A stretch of DNA of 64,000 nt from Octopus vulgaris (lineage: Eukaryota). This document shows, piece by piece, positions 30,461 to 44,315 of the stretch. Position numbers and translations under genes: made by a program. Each line of letters begins with the position of its first letter. The stretch's first letter is position 1. The DNA is taken from assembly GCA_951406725.2 (NCBI GenBank), contig OX597821.1:105772001-105836000 (forward strand), in the 5' to 3' direction. The notes below the pieces were generated by a model that did not search any database, had not been told where the DNA came from, and was given only the letters and a program-made list of their open reading frames with translations.

Positions 30461-30998
30461 TCATACGCATATATATATGTACATTTACTTATATATATAT
30501 ATATATATATATGTGTGTATATAAGTATATATACACTCACACCACACACACACACACAAACACGCATATGCATTCATATTTCTATGTTTTCCATGCATTT
30601 TTGATCGAAACTTTTGAGAGTTATCATGATATTCCTCGACCAGAATGTAAACTTCTTTCGATTAATGTTGCTTTGACCCGAAGAGAAGTTAGCCAATTAC
30701 ACCTTGTTGAGATGAGGAATACGTCCGAGTTTCTGCTACCTACGAACCATATGTAGACTCGATTTGGTCTAATCAGTTCTCTAATTTTTGATTTCTATTT
30801 GTATACACAGCAAACCCAGCAGGTAACCGAAAGCTATTAAAAGGTTTTTCAGCTAATCGAACTTCGACATAGGAACAATTTAGAATTTTTTAAGTCAAGA
30901 AACCCCAAATTTTCTTGAACGTTGTCGTTTATACCTTCTACAAACTGCTCGAAGTTTACTATCATCCTACACATTGACACATGGATCTTAACTTTATA

Positions 30999-31034
<36 letters not shown>

Positions 31035-31041
31035 CTCTCTC

Positions 31042-31096
<55 letters not shown>

Positions 31097-31371
31097 TATA
31101 TAGTGTACGGGAAATACAGTTGCCAGTTCGTACATTGTTCGAAATATCATCCCCGTTAATATATACATTTTCTGCGTATTATACAAAGATTTTAATTGGT
31201 AAACCATAATATTTTTTTTCGGATTGAACTTTCTCGAATAATTTTGTACCTTTCCAGGATTAATTTTACCTCACAGTTGTTAATGAATTCTTTTTTCTCA
31301 GATTTTAGTATTTGCCGTATAATTAGTGAATGAGATGGCACAGCCGTTATTACTCCGGTATAAATTCTTAA

Positions 31372-32345
31372 CAACCTTCCGTCCATCTTTACGTTTATAT
31401 TCCGCCGCGGTTAACGTTGCCTCTCATCATTTTGGGGTCGATAAAATGAGCACCAGCTGAGTACTAGGGTCAATGGAATGACCTTACCCCTCGACCGAAA
31501 TATCTGACCTCGTGCCAAAATTTGAAATCAATATTTTCTGTGTATTAAGCTTGTAACCGGGCAGAACCCTTTAGCACGCCGGGCTAAATGCTTAACGGCA
31601 TTTCGTCTTATTATTTTTTTAATTATTTATGCGCGCTTTTAAAGCTAGCCAGGCTCATGAGCCCGGTTTCCCGGTTTCTGTGGCGCATGTGTTCCCTCCA
31701 GCTGGACGGGTCGCCAGTCCATCGCAGCGTTACTCAAGAAACAGGAAGAGAGAGTGAGAGAAATTTGGGACGAAAGAGAACAACAGGGGTCGCCACCACC
31801 CCCTGTCGGAGCCTCGTGGATCTTTTAGGTGTTTTCGCTCAATAAACACACACACAACGCCTGGTCTGGGAATCGAAACTGCTGCAATCCTCCGACCGCG
31901 AGTCTGCTGCCCTACCCACTGGGCCATTGCGATTAAGGCAGAAACATTAGCACGCCGGGTGAGATACTTAGGAGTATTTCATCTGTCTTTATGTTCTGAG
32001 TTCAAATTCCACCGAGGTCGACTTTGCCTTTCATCCTTTCGGGGTCAATGAAGTAAGTACCAGTTACACATTGGGGTCGATGTAATCGACTTAATACCTT
32101 TGTTTGTCTTTGTTTGTCCCCTATGTGTTTAGCCCCTTGTGAGCAATAAAGAAATAAGAAAAGTTAGCACGCCGGACTAAATGCTTAACGGCATTTCGTC
32201 TATCTTTACGTTACGAGTTCAAATTCTGCTAAGATTGACATTGTTTTCATCGTTTTTGGGTCCATTAAAAAGTATCACTTGAATGCTGTGATTGATGTAA
32301 TCAACTTATTCACTCCTTCAAATTTGCTGGCCTCAACTTGAAGCT
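31372..32345. mobile_element. Nested SINE cluster: B(+) 31372-31535, B head 31557-31608, C(-) 31612-31931, B(+) 31936-32157, B(+) 32158-32345
   Basis: Each block matches other family B or C copies in the window. Confidence 0.85.
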
Positions 32346-33214
32346 AACATTTGCCGTGTTTGTACGATCTAGTCGAGGAGATTGGAAATCTAATGATATC
32401 GTCCTGCAGTTTATATTTAAGTCAAAGCATGAAGGTAAATTCACTTTGCGAGATACTGAAGACGACATAAAATTTAGTATTATTTTAATATAATACTTGT
32501 TTACTAAATTCTAACGTGAACTTTGACTAGCGAACACCATACATTGTAATAATAAACGTGAAATAAACGAAATGTTGACATTTTTAAACAATTCTTTACT
32601 AAGGTAGAAAAATAGTAACAACAAATGTGGAATTATATCAAAGAAGAAAGAACAATATAAAGAGAAAGAAGAAAGTTCGAAGATATTGTTTTCAAGTAAA
32701 TACACATTCTTACAACATTACATAATATATTCAGCAATCATAGCCCAATAATAGCATCATAGAGAATGTTCAAAGTAAATATTGGATGACACAGAACACT
32801 GAGAATGCATGGAAAAGAGTTTTATAGAATTAACGTTTAGTGATCTATGAATGGAAAGAAAACATACACTATGGCATAACAGACATGAAACAAAAAATCA
32901 TGGTAATATGTGCGTGAACAATAAGTACAGTATGACTAGAAAATCAATAACAAGAAAAATGGAACCGAAGCAAGAAATAACTAATTCTCTTATGACAATC
33001 AGCGGTCAAATTATATGAAGTTCTAGACAACAAAAAAATAGTATCACGGGATAGACTTTCGGTGATCCCTGATCGAATCTGATAACGACTTAATATTACA
33101 ATTAGATAAAACAGACGTAAAAGAGAATATGACGTGTGTCTTTAATGACCGCGATAATTCCCGGCTCACGTACACATTAAGATATATATATATATATATA
33201 TACATTAAGATATA

Positions 33215-33358
33215 TATTTTTTCTCTCCTTTTTTTCTCTCCTTGTTTCTCTCCTTGTTTTTTCTGTCCCTTTCTGTAGAAGAGCGTAGTCTCGAAACGTA
33301 AACGACTTCTTCTATTCCTGAGCATTATACTAATACATCTGTTTGTTTAAACTCTCCC
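33215..33358 (+). mobile_element. Penelope-type pseudo-LTR fragment with atypical minimal hammerhead-like motif
   Basis: GTCCCTTTCTGTAGAAGAGCGTAGTCTCGAAACGTAAACGAC at 33265-33306; homologous to 13982-14150; lies between (TA)n tracts. Confidence 0.6.
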
Positions 33359-33388
33359 TATATAAATGTATATATGTATATATATATG

Positions 33389-33440
<52 letters not shown>

Positions 33441-35572
33441 CGTGTGCGTGTGTATCTATGTGTATGTCTGTATGTGCGTGTGTGTATGTGTGTGCGTGAG
33501 TGAGTTATGTGTGCGCGCGTATGTGTGGGCGCGCGTTTGTATATGTGTGTGTATGTGTGTGCGTGTGTGAGTTATGTGTGCGCGTGTGTGTGCGTGTGTA
33601 TGTGTGTGTATGTGTAATAAAGTAAAAACATAATGCCACACGAGTTGCCAACATGAGTTGGATAGTTCTTGGCCAGTTCATCACTTAAAGTAAGACAAAT
33701 GCCAACTTGAGTCTTAGAATAAGTATCGAAATCCGTGGGATGGAAACACAAAAAAAACCTACGCCTGCCTACTGCTAAGTCCGGCATTGATGCTGTCTAC
33801 ACGCTCTCGGCTGGTACATCAGGCATTCAAAACTAAACATCTACTACGTAAGTATTGACGTCCATATTTATAGCTGTATAATAGTCTGAAGGGGAAATAA
33901 TTTTTTAAAAAATTATATAAATTGAAAAGGTTTAAGATCTTGCTATATATTATTACTAGAAAATGCAAACTTTTCGATTAAATCGACGAAGTGAATTTAC
34001 TCCCCCAAACTCCTCAAAATCCGAAAATGGAGGATTTTAGTAAATTTTTTTACAATAGAGCTAAAACTATGGAATTTCTGTCAAATCTCACTCTACTTAG
34101 TAATGTTTATTATTCAATGAGAAAAAGAATGATGAGGGTCGCATGAAAATCCGTTTATTAGTTCGGAAGTTATGTATTTTTCATTTATAAATTTGTCCGA
34201 TAAAACACACGCTGGACTGCGTGGATGAATCTGCAGAATATTGACACCCGCTTGCATAAACAGGTTTAAATTTGTTTTGACTGAACGCTTGTCACGCTTT
34301 TAAATCATGGGTGAGACCATTTCTTGTAGAAACTTGGTTTCACTCATTTCGTTTCATAACATGTCACTGCTCAAACAGTTTCATTTTCTTAGTTATATGG
34401 AAAAGAATTATTGTGTTCCTGGAAAGGTTTTTTTCCGTTGTTATATACTTACGTGTAGTGACTACTAACATAACGACAAGATCTTTCGAGTGTCCTATTT
34501 TAGGGACCATCATACCTTTTGAAGATAACGTTCTTCCAAAAGTGAGCTATGTTTTATGTAATTTCATGTACATAACGTCTTATGAAAAACTTCCAAATCC
34601 AGGTGTAGTTGATAGCATATCCTCAAGACTAGCTACCTATCTTATTGAGATATAGAATTGAGCATCCATGTCTTACCGATCTTTTCAACGTATAAGTCAA
34701 TTATTAGAATCATAGTATGAGAAATTTTGCCATCTAACGAAAAATCTTGGTCGAATTGGGTAGTGATGTTTGCGATAAAAAATGTCTGAATTTAGACTAC
34801 TTTTTGGAAACTTACTGGATATAGCCTGCTGCAAATGCGAAGTATTCAGTGAGTGTGTATGCAGCAGAGATAATGAAAAGCCTCTAGAAGAAAAATACTC
34901 TTTAGATGATCAAAGGACTCAGAGGAATATGTTTATTGGTGAAGTAGACTGGCGTGCAACACAACGAAGTATTATTGCAAAGGAAAAGTGACTAGAAAAA
35001 AATGTATAAAAAAGAAATGTAAGTGGATAGTTCTGCGCGAGAAAATAGGAAATGTTCCTCGAAAAAGGATATCTGCCGTGAAGCCAGAAATGAAGGAAAA
35101 GTATATAAGCAACTGAGAATTAATTTACCAAAAGTTGCAATAGAATGTGATAGATATGGTGATGTCAGCCCGTTCTGCAGCAGTTGTTGCTACTGACCTA
35201 TTCACAGATTTAACCATAGTAACAAAAGAAGATCATGATCATGTAATACACCGTTCTAAAATAAGAAGAGAATGAACCAAATGCAGAAGTATTCTATCAA
35301 GAGATTGCGACGTTCAAAACTTAGAAGCACTCTACTTTGACAGAAAAAAAAAGAAACAAGTATTCAAGTAGAAAAAGGAACCAAATTCTATTCTCAGATC
35401 GGTTCTGAAGAAGATGTCGTTGTGACTGAAGGGCACATATGCACTCTATGTTGTTCATGTTATCCCTGGTTCTGGTCAGTCATCAGCTATAGCATCAACG
35501 ATATTAACATTCTTCGCTGAAAGCGATATTGCTTTGGATGATATAACTGTCGTTGGATGTAATGGGACGAAT

Positions 35573-35761
35573 TGTATTCGCCATTGTATTCGTCATTGCG
35601 AATTTATGGAAGAATGAAACCGTGACTGGCTCGCTATCTCCAGTGAACTGGCGCAGGACCGTCGTGCTTGGGCTGCTATGGTTCGAGATGCCTCGAGGGT
35701 GGTAGAAGAAGCCGATTCAACTCAGGATGAATGTCGCCACAAGTACAAGTACAATTAGTAC
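35573..35761 (+). mobile_element. RTE-clade LINE 3' end nested in the hAT transposase
   Basis: WLAISSELAQDRRAWAAMVRDA, (CAAGTA)n tail, perfect 10-bp TSD TGGGACGAAT at 35563-35572 and 35762-35771. Confidence 0.8.
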
Positions 35762-36090
35762 TGGGACGAATGTAAAATTTGGAATCGATAACGGTGTCAT
35801 TCGATCGCTAGAAGATAGTATTGAGCGTCCACTCCGATGCTTAATCTGTCTCCTTCACACAATGGAATTATTGTTGAGGCACTTATTCGTATTTATTGAC
35901 GGTTCAGCATCAGGACCCTTGAGCTTGTCTGGAACAATTGGAAATGAAATAAAAGAGTCAAATTCGTTCCTATTAAGTGTGAGATATTATGCTTTTTGGT
36001 TTAATAAATGACGACCTGGATCACAGAAAACCTAGACCAGCTACTTATTCCAGATAGCTAACTACCAGCATTGGAAGCTTTCGAGTATAT

Positions 36091-36229
36091 TCTTTTTCTT
36101 GTTTCAGTCATCTGACTGCGGCCATGCTAGAGCATCACCTTTAGTCGAGCAAATCGAACTCAGGACTTGTTCAGTGATGGTGAGGGGACAACCACAGAAA
36201 CACAAACACTCACACGCACACACACACAT

Positions 36230-36301
<72 letters not shown>

Positions 36302-36459
36302 GACGGGCTTCTTTCAGTTTCTTTCTACCAAATTCACTCATAAGGCTGTGGTCGGCCCGACTGTATAGTAGAGTACACTCAAGTTGTCATGCAGTGGGAC
36401 TGAACCCGGAACCATGTGGTTGGTAAACAAGCTACTTATCACACAGCCACTCTTGCACC
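36091..36459 (-). mobile_element. SINE family A nested in the hAT element
   Basis: Reverse complement of head and tail blocks. Confidence 0.88.
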
Positions 36460-37741
36460 TTGTTACAAAAATTTGTCCTTCTGATGGGCTTGCAACTTTG
36501 GCAACATTTGTGATGCAAGTGTAAACTCGAGTTTGGTGTAAAATTAATGTACACCACTATGCAGCGTTGGATTTCTGCATTTATTTTAAATGATTGCGCT
36601 TTCAAGATATCTCCCAAATCAATATCAAAGAATTACTGAAAATTTCATCCAAAAAGTGGGTTTTTCTCCCCCTCCCCTCGAGAACATTCACTTGAGTATG
36701 TTGTGAGATGATCGAGTTTACATCTGTGAACTCGCAATAAGAAGGCTCCTTTCGTTTCAATATTCGAAATAACATGAACGCCGCATCAGAAAATTTCAAG
36801 TACCAGAAAGAAACTGTTCAGACAGAAGTACACCGTGCTCATATCATGGGGGAGAATGCCAAACATCTGGCCTGCCTTTACTAAGACTAGTCGAAAATGA
36901 AGCACTACCTTCTCTTCTGGAAGATCAAAGTATTCCTAGAATAGAGTTTAAAAAGTTTCCTTGCCACTCTCACAGTGTTGAAAAAGCAGTAAGAATGGTC
37001 AGTGAAGCTTCACTTGCAGTATGTGCAGAGGCCAATAGGGAGAGCTTTATTCGTGCCAGAATATAATGTCATGCATCCTTAAAAAAATGTAATACTAAAA
37101 ATCAGTTTTAACCTGGAAAAAACAAACATTGATTAATAGAGAAAGTACATAATTTACGAAAACATAAACAGATTTTCATGCAACCGTCGTCTTTCTTTTT
37201 CACATTGAATAATAAACTAATCTGGATATAGTGTGTATTGACATATATTTCATACTTTTAGCGCTATTGTAAAGCGGTTACAAAATATATTTTATTTTCG
37301 AAGTTTGGGGAACTTGAAGGAATAAAAGCTCTTGATTGATCTTATCGAAAATTTATCCTTTGATCTTCCACAAAAAAAGGGTTTAACTATAGCAACATTT
37401 TAGGCACCGGGCATTTTCAATTTTCACATTTCTTTTATTTTCACTCCACCCTATTGTACAAATGCTGTAAGTATACCTGCTAGGCTCAGTGAACAGCACG
37501 ACAGAATATGTGACTCCTCACTAAGCGGAGTCTTATCACTAACAATTAATAGGCAATGGCTTTATTAATATCTAAGTGATCGTATTAGCAAGCATATGTG
37601 CACCGAAAGACGCGTGTGAGTGTGCTTGTACGTGCGCATGCATTCGTACGACCGAGTGTACGTGTGCCAGATCACATATGTGTTGGTGTTTATACATCCA
37701 TACTGACTAACGTTTGCATCTAAAAAAATTCGGTTTGTTTC

Positions 37742-37909
37742 TTTCTTCTTGGTCTTTGTCTACGTGAATGGCAAATTGAGGAAAACAGCTTTATACTTAT
37801 AGAAGGTCCATGAAAAATATCAAATATTTGATATTTTTCATGGATCTTCTATAAGTATGAAGCTATATTCCTCAATTTGTCATTCACCTAGACAAAAACT
37901 AAGAAGAAA
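37742..37909. repeat. 168-bp spacerless imperfect palindrome
   Basis: Centre CAAAT|ATTTG at 37825/37826; 84-bp arms with 8 mismatches and no indels. Confidence 0.95.
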
Positions 37910-38055
37910 TCTTGCGATACAGAATTTATTTTAACCTCTGAAAATCACCTGATAAAACACAGCTACACTGACGGATGCACCTAAATCAGAAATATCACAT
38001 CCGTAGAAACAGCTGTAGTCTTGAAAAACCATTCTGGCATCTTCTACATCTCATA

Positions 38056-38115
<60 letters not shown>

Positions 38116-38117
38116 CA

Positions 38118-38338
38118 CTGTTTCAAATTTTGGCATAAGGTCAGCAAATCCAATGGAGGTTTTGAGTCGATTGCATCGATCGAAATGCTCAGCTAGTACT
38201 TATTTTATCGACTCCAAAAAGATGAATAACAAGGTCAACGTTGACGGAATTTCAACTTAGATCTTAAAATAGAAAAACGATACGAAATGATGCTAAGCAT
38301 TTTGCACGGCGTGCTAACGATCCTTCAGGCTCACTGTC
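38118..38338 (-). mobile_element. SINE family B, tail type 2, diverged
   Basis: GTACTTATTTTATCGAC core and CGGCGTGCTAACGA head on the reverse strand. Confidence 0.75.
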
Positions 38339-38349
38339 TTATATATATA

Positions 38350-38394
<45 letters not shown>

Positions 38395-41300
38395 GCATGT
38401 GCACAGACATAGACACACACACACATGCGTCTGTATGCATTAGTAATAGGAAAATAAATACGAAACTGTATCGTGTAGCGAGAATACTCTTCTTTACTTG
38501 AAAGATCAGCAAAGAACTGAATGACATTGTGTTAAAGAAGTTGAAATATTCCTTCATCAGATTTCTGGAAGTAATTTGCATTTTTGTAATGAATATCTAA
38601 TACAGATTGTGAACGTGTTTCTTTTTTCTTTGTGCAACCGATGCATTTGCTTGGCAGCAGATGCTAATTTTCGTTTAAGAAGATGAGGGTAATTGGGGAT
38701 TGAATCAAAAGAGACACACATACGCCTACACACCAATAGAAGTGTACACATATGTATATCTATATGTATATGTACATCTATATGTTCACATATATATAGA
38801 GAGATGTGTGTGTGTGTCGGTGTATATATATACAGAGAGAGAGAGAGATAGTGAGAAGGGTCAGCGATTTAGATAGATAGAGAGTATATGCGTATTACAT
38901 GCGTCAGCACATATATTGTATACAAACCATCCACAAAAATAAATGGGGGAAACATGCGTAGTTTCCAGCACATGCTACTCGAGTTATCATTGTAAGTAAT
39001 CCATCAGTGATGCACCACAGTAATTTCTTTGCTGTTTTTTTAGGGACTTTCGGAAGTTTATATGTTGTGATCAATTTATTTGCATTGCTCAAAACTAGGA
39101 TTTTCAGAATAAGTAATCTACTTGTATGCATAAGAAATAAAATAAAATTTAATAGGCGCGTGATAACTCATATGTTTAAAAGCTTTAGTCAGTGTTCATG
39201 CTTAAGATGGAAATGAAGAATCCTTAAGAGCGACCAAATTCTAAGCTTTGTGAAGGTTTTAGCTCTGTTTCTGATAATGCTTTTTCAAATCCTTTAGCTT
39301 CTAATACATTTTGGCTGGTTATTCATTTTCGCTTCACTTAATTTTTGCAAAATTTCTCAGAGATTTGGAAACCTTCTAACGCACGTCTTCAACAAATATT
39401 TTGATTGAAAGAAATTTTATGTGAAGCGGTAGTAAAACTATATCATTCGGACGAATTAATGGATGAGTAAATGATATTTCTTCCAGAGATGCATGCAGAG
39501 AAGGTGGGCCATTCTCTTCTATAATAATGCTGCGTAATTGTACGATTGTTCCGAAGACATAAAATGCATCGATAGTTGGTGATTCTCCTTTTTATGTTTT
39601 TTGAAAAACACAATTTATTTGAAAGTTCCCTACCATTTCATTGGCATCCGTTGTATTGAATTGCATTAAAAAGGGATCATCGTGATAATGTAACGTTATA
39701 TATTTAAAGTTTTGTGTGAGCGGTATGGCAAGATGGTTTTAAATTTCCATTATGTAGTAAAACAGCTTTTAAAATTTGTATTGACGAATCCATAAATGTC
39801 AACATTCGCTTACATCTTTCTTTTCAAATAAACGAGTGGAAATACCATTAATGCCTTGACAACATACGAGTGCGACAGGTATCTGGATACATCCAGCTAA
39901 ATCCAGATTCTGCATTCAGTTGTAGCTTGATGTTATCTAATCTTGATAGGTTTCTTTTTTCGTGTTTTATTTTACCTTTCAAAAAAGTCGGATTAAACTC
40001 TGAGTCATCGACAAGTTACAAATATCTCATAGGAATAATGATGCTCTCTCTCTCTTGTCTTCCACAAAGTGAATCTGATAAACCTGACGCAGCACAGTCT
40101 CAACACGCAAAAACAGAACGCCCACTGCATCTTGGATGGCGAGAACATGATTCGTTAGGAATAGAAGCCAACATGCGATGCAAGGCTATTCAGCAAACAG
40201 AAATGGTTTATTGCATGTTCTCCATCATATTTAGTGAAACTATCAACGTTTATTGTTATACCTACGGAGAATCATATTAGCCAATTAAACACACACCATA
40301 GGTTTGGTCTTCACTTTAGCTTTATTATCATTTGTTTTTAGTTTCTTTATCAAATCACTTTTATGACACATCCACTTTCTGCTACAGCAACTTTTATTCC
40401 ACTTGTCTTCTCTTGTTCGGCCTATTTAATTTTCTCATTCTATGGCATCTATCATTAAGTGCGCATGCGTTTCTATTTGTCTTTATGTGTTTTTAAGTGT
40501 ATGTGTGCTTGTGTGCATGTGTTGTGCGTGGGGTTATGTCTTCGTTCCCATTCTATCTTTAGCATGTGAGGGTCTTGTGGATGTATACACAAGATACAAA
40601 CATTGAGGAGACTGCAAGTTGCATAGGTGAACAGGCGCTCAACAATACTGCCCGGCTAAAGCTTGCCAGTGTTCTATCAATATGCTCGATTAAAAGATTC
40701 GATTGTTAACACATATGTGAAGATATTATCAACAGATAATACTTTCACATATAGGTGCAGCAGTGGCTGTGCTGTAAATAGCTTGCTTCCGCACATACGA
40801 ATTGGTGTTTTGCTTCAACACTTGAACAAAGAGGACATGAGCTAGTGTGCTCCGTCCTAAAACTGAAAATTAAGAAGAAGTCCGTTCGTGGTAGGTGATT
40901 TTGTTTGTTTTGAGCTGTGCGTAATTTATTGTTTGGGAATTTTTTTCAGTAAATTTCGCCCAGCTCTGGGACAATTTCGCCTGTCTCGGCGGCTATTGTG
41001 ATTTTTGCTTGTTGAAAAAATGATGGGGGCGTATCCCCGCCGAAAAAACTGAAGTTTGTTCCAGTCATTGAAAATTGTTGCGGCCAATTGTGGCGAAGAT
41101 TCGTCTTCTGTGGATTTAAGATTCCAGCTCGGTGTGCCAGCCAACGAAGTGAACCAGGAGTACCTGTGGTCGGAATTGTGTAGTTGCCATTTGGAACCAT
41201 ACGCAATCAGACGATTAAAGACAGAATGAGAAGAAAAGAAACACAAATACAGACTGTATAATGCACGTGGTTAACTGGCAAAATATGTCCATCCCCAAGT

Positions 41301-41917
41301 ATAACAATATCTGTTTCAACACACGATTTCACATCCATCAAGAATCTTGCAACACAAATATGTAGGCGATATTAAAGTTTAATGTTCTGTTTTAACCTAT
41401 TTATTTATCCTTTATGATTTTCAGCCTAAACGTTATGTACATATTGCGACACCGACATTACCATCATCCACTCAAAGCTCATTCATATGTACATGGCTTT
41501 TAGTGAATGAGGGAGTTTGTTCTTATTTAGCTTGTTTCAATTTCTTTGATGAGATGTTGGTTGATCTATGATTTTGGGCATCAAAATATCAAAGTACATG
41601 TCGGAAACATCCAGAACTATTTCAAATATAACACTCATGTTTAGTGGAAAGATATTAAACAGCTGTAGGTTTTTAGGCCCAAAATATTGAATTACCTGTT
41701 TCTTATTAAAGACGAGAAGTGTTGGGCATTTGGATCAATGCAGTGATGCTCTGTTCAGGGCCTGCTATAGATATAGAAGCCCATGTCTGCTACCAGCTCT
41801 TCTGGAATCCTCCACTCTATATCATTGCACATAACTCTCTAGCTTTTGTTTAACACAGTAGAGGCGTACTTTTTATACAGATACCAGTATTACATAACAA
41901 AAATATATATATACATG

Positions 41918-41976
<59 letters not shown>

Positions 41977-41981
41977 ATATA

Positions 41982-42076
<95 letters not shown>

Positions 42077-42522
42077 TCATGTATATATGTGTGTGTGTTT
42101 GTGTATGCGTCTGTTTGTAATTATATAATATAAATATATATTTATATATTTACATTATGCGATAAGATGTATTCGTGATTTATATTAAGGCAGCAAATAT
42201 ACCAAAGAAGTGGTTGCAATGCTTACTACATCATCAGTATATAAGAAAATTGTATTTTGCTGTTATAGTTATACGAATGGAATTACAGTAGTAACAGCAG
42301 TATGATACGAGGAGTATCATATTTATTCATTTATTGGAAATTCGATGTCATAATTTTGCAAAATACACGTAATAGAAGAAAAGAAAGAAAAACACTTACG
42401 AATCTACATGACAAATGATATACATTCACCTAAAAGTATATAATATGCCGAGGAAAATAAATATTGGGTAGTGCCATTAATAATCTGAACAAAATAATAT
42501 AATGATATATCCGGGTATTGTT

Positions 42523-43149
42523 ACTTTTTTATTGCCCACAAGGGGCTAAACACAGAGGGGACAAACAAGCATAGACGAAGGGATTGAGTCGATTACATCG
42601 ACCCCAGTGCGTAATTGGTACTTAATTTATCGACCTCGAAAGAATGAAAGGCAAAGTCGACCTTGGCGGAAGTTGAACTCAGAACCTAAAGGCAGACGAA
42701 ATACCTATTTCTTTACTACCCACAAGGGGCTAAACACAGAAAGGACAAACAAGGACGGACAAACGGATTAAGTCGATTATATCGACCCCATTGCGTAACT
42801 GGTACTTAATTTATCGACCTCGAAAGGATGAAAGGCAAAGTCGACCTTGGCGGAAGTTGAACTCAGAACCTAAAGGCAGACGAAATACCTATTTCTTTAC
42901 TACCCACAAGGCGCTAAACACAGAGAGAACATACAAGGACAGACAAACGGATTAAGTCCACTATATCGACCCCAGTGCGTAACTGGTACTTAAGCGACCC
43001 CAGTACGCAACTAGTACTTAATTTATCGATCCCGAAAGGATGAAAGGCAAAGTCGATCTCGGCTGAATTTGAACTCAGAACGTAAAGACGAAAGAAATAC
43101 CGCTAATCGTTTCGCCCGGCGAGCTAACGTTCCTGGCAGCTCGCAGCCT
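42523..43149 (-). mobile_element. Head-to-tail trimer of SINE family B (periods 184 and 212 bp)
   Basis: GCAAAGTCGA recurs at 42651, 42835 and 43047; only the rightmost unit has the 5' head. Confidence 0.9.
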
Positions 43150-43517
43150 TCAATATCTGGGTATTGTTTGAAATGGCGCTGGATAACAGAAGAAAAATCC
43201 ACATATTTATATATCTCTGTGCGTATATATATGTGCGTGCGCGTGTGTGTGTATTTATTTAAATATTATATATATATATATAGACATTGAAATATTTATA
43301 TATATGTATATATATATGTATATATGTGTATATATGTTTATATATATATATCTGTGTGTGTGTGCGTGTATACACATATGTATATATTTATGTCATTAAG
43401 ATACGTGTGCTTATATATATTTAATTCATATAGAGACTTGTGCATTTATGTAATGCGTATGTGTGTGCGTTTGTATGTGTGTGCTTGTGCCTGTGTACAC
43501 GTGTGCATGGTTTCGTG

Positions 43518-43582
<65 letters not shown>

Positions 43583-44140
43583 TTTGCTCGAGGAAAGAAA
43601 TCCATGTTGCTGGTGGGAATGTGCATACAAATTATATGTATACTCATCGAAGCCGATACAGCGCATACGAAGCGTAGTGTTGTGCAATTTTAATTGCATA
43701 CCACCGTTAGCATTATGAACACATGTTATAAGGAAATGCATTGTGTTACACATATATTAATCTATATATAATTTTATTTTATAATATGAACGTCAGTAAC
43801 TGATTGTACGTATATATCTATGTATGTGTATAAACAAATAGAAATCACAAATTATATGCATTAAATCGTATATGAGAGTTTGCAGTGAAAGCAGTTATGA
43901 AGTGTAGTACTACGTTAAAATACCTTGATATAGTCTAAAAAGAAGTGCCCATTTTTTGCACATGTGTGGCAGTTAACACGGTAATCTCTTTTTTCTATGT
44001 AACATATACCTACCTATATATATATATACATACGCGCACACACATACACATATACGCGTACACACACATGTTTATATATATAATTTATATATATATATAC
44101 ATATATACATTTGCACACACACATATAGAGATATAGAGAT

Positions 44141-44171
<31 letters not shown>

Positions 44172-44199
44172 AATACATATGTATATGTATGTGTATTAC

Positions 44200-44235
<36 letters not shown>

Positions 44236-44315
44236 ATTTTAAGCACGTTTATATTGGAAAATATATATCCATTTAAAGAACAGACCAGAAAGTGCAACCT
44301 ATGAGAAATACAGCA

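Larger units (their letters stand above)
33882..37453 (+). mobile_element. hAT-superfamily (hATm-like) DNA transposon, decayed, with ~300-bp imperfect TIRs
   Basis: TIRs 33882-34180 and 37141-37453; right end CACCCTA (TAGGGTG on minus). Flanking 8-mers CTGTATAA/TTGTACAA match 6/8 (TSD-like). Transposase remnants: LLDIACCKC, LDDQR, ECDRYG, LYFD, GCNGTN..GVIRSLE..RPL..ICLLH..ELLLRHLF, FPCHSHSVEKAVRMVSEAS. Confidence 0.85.
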
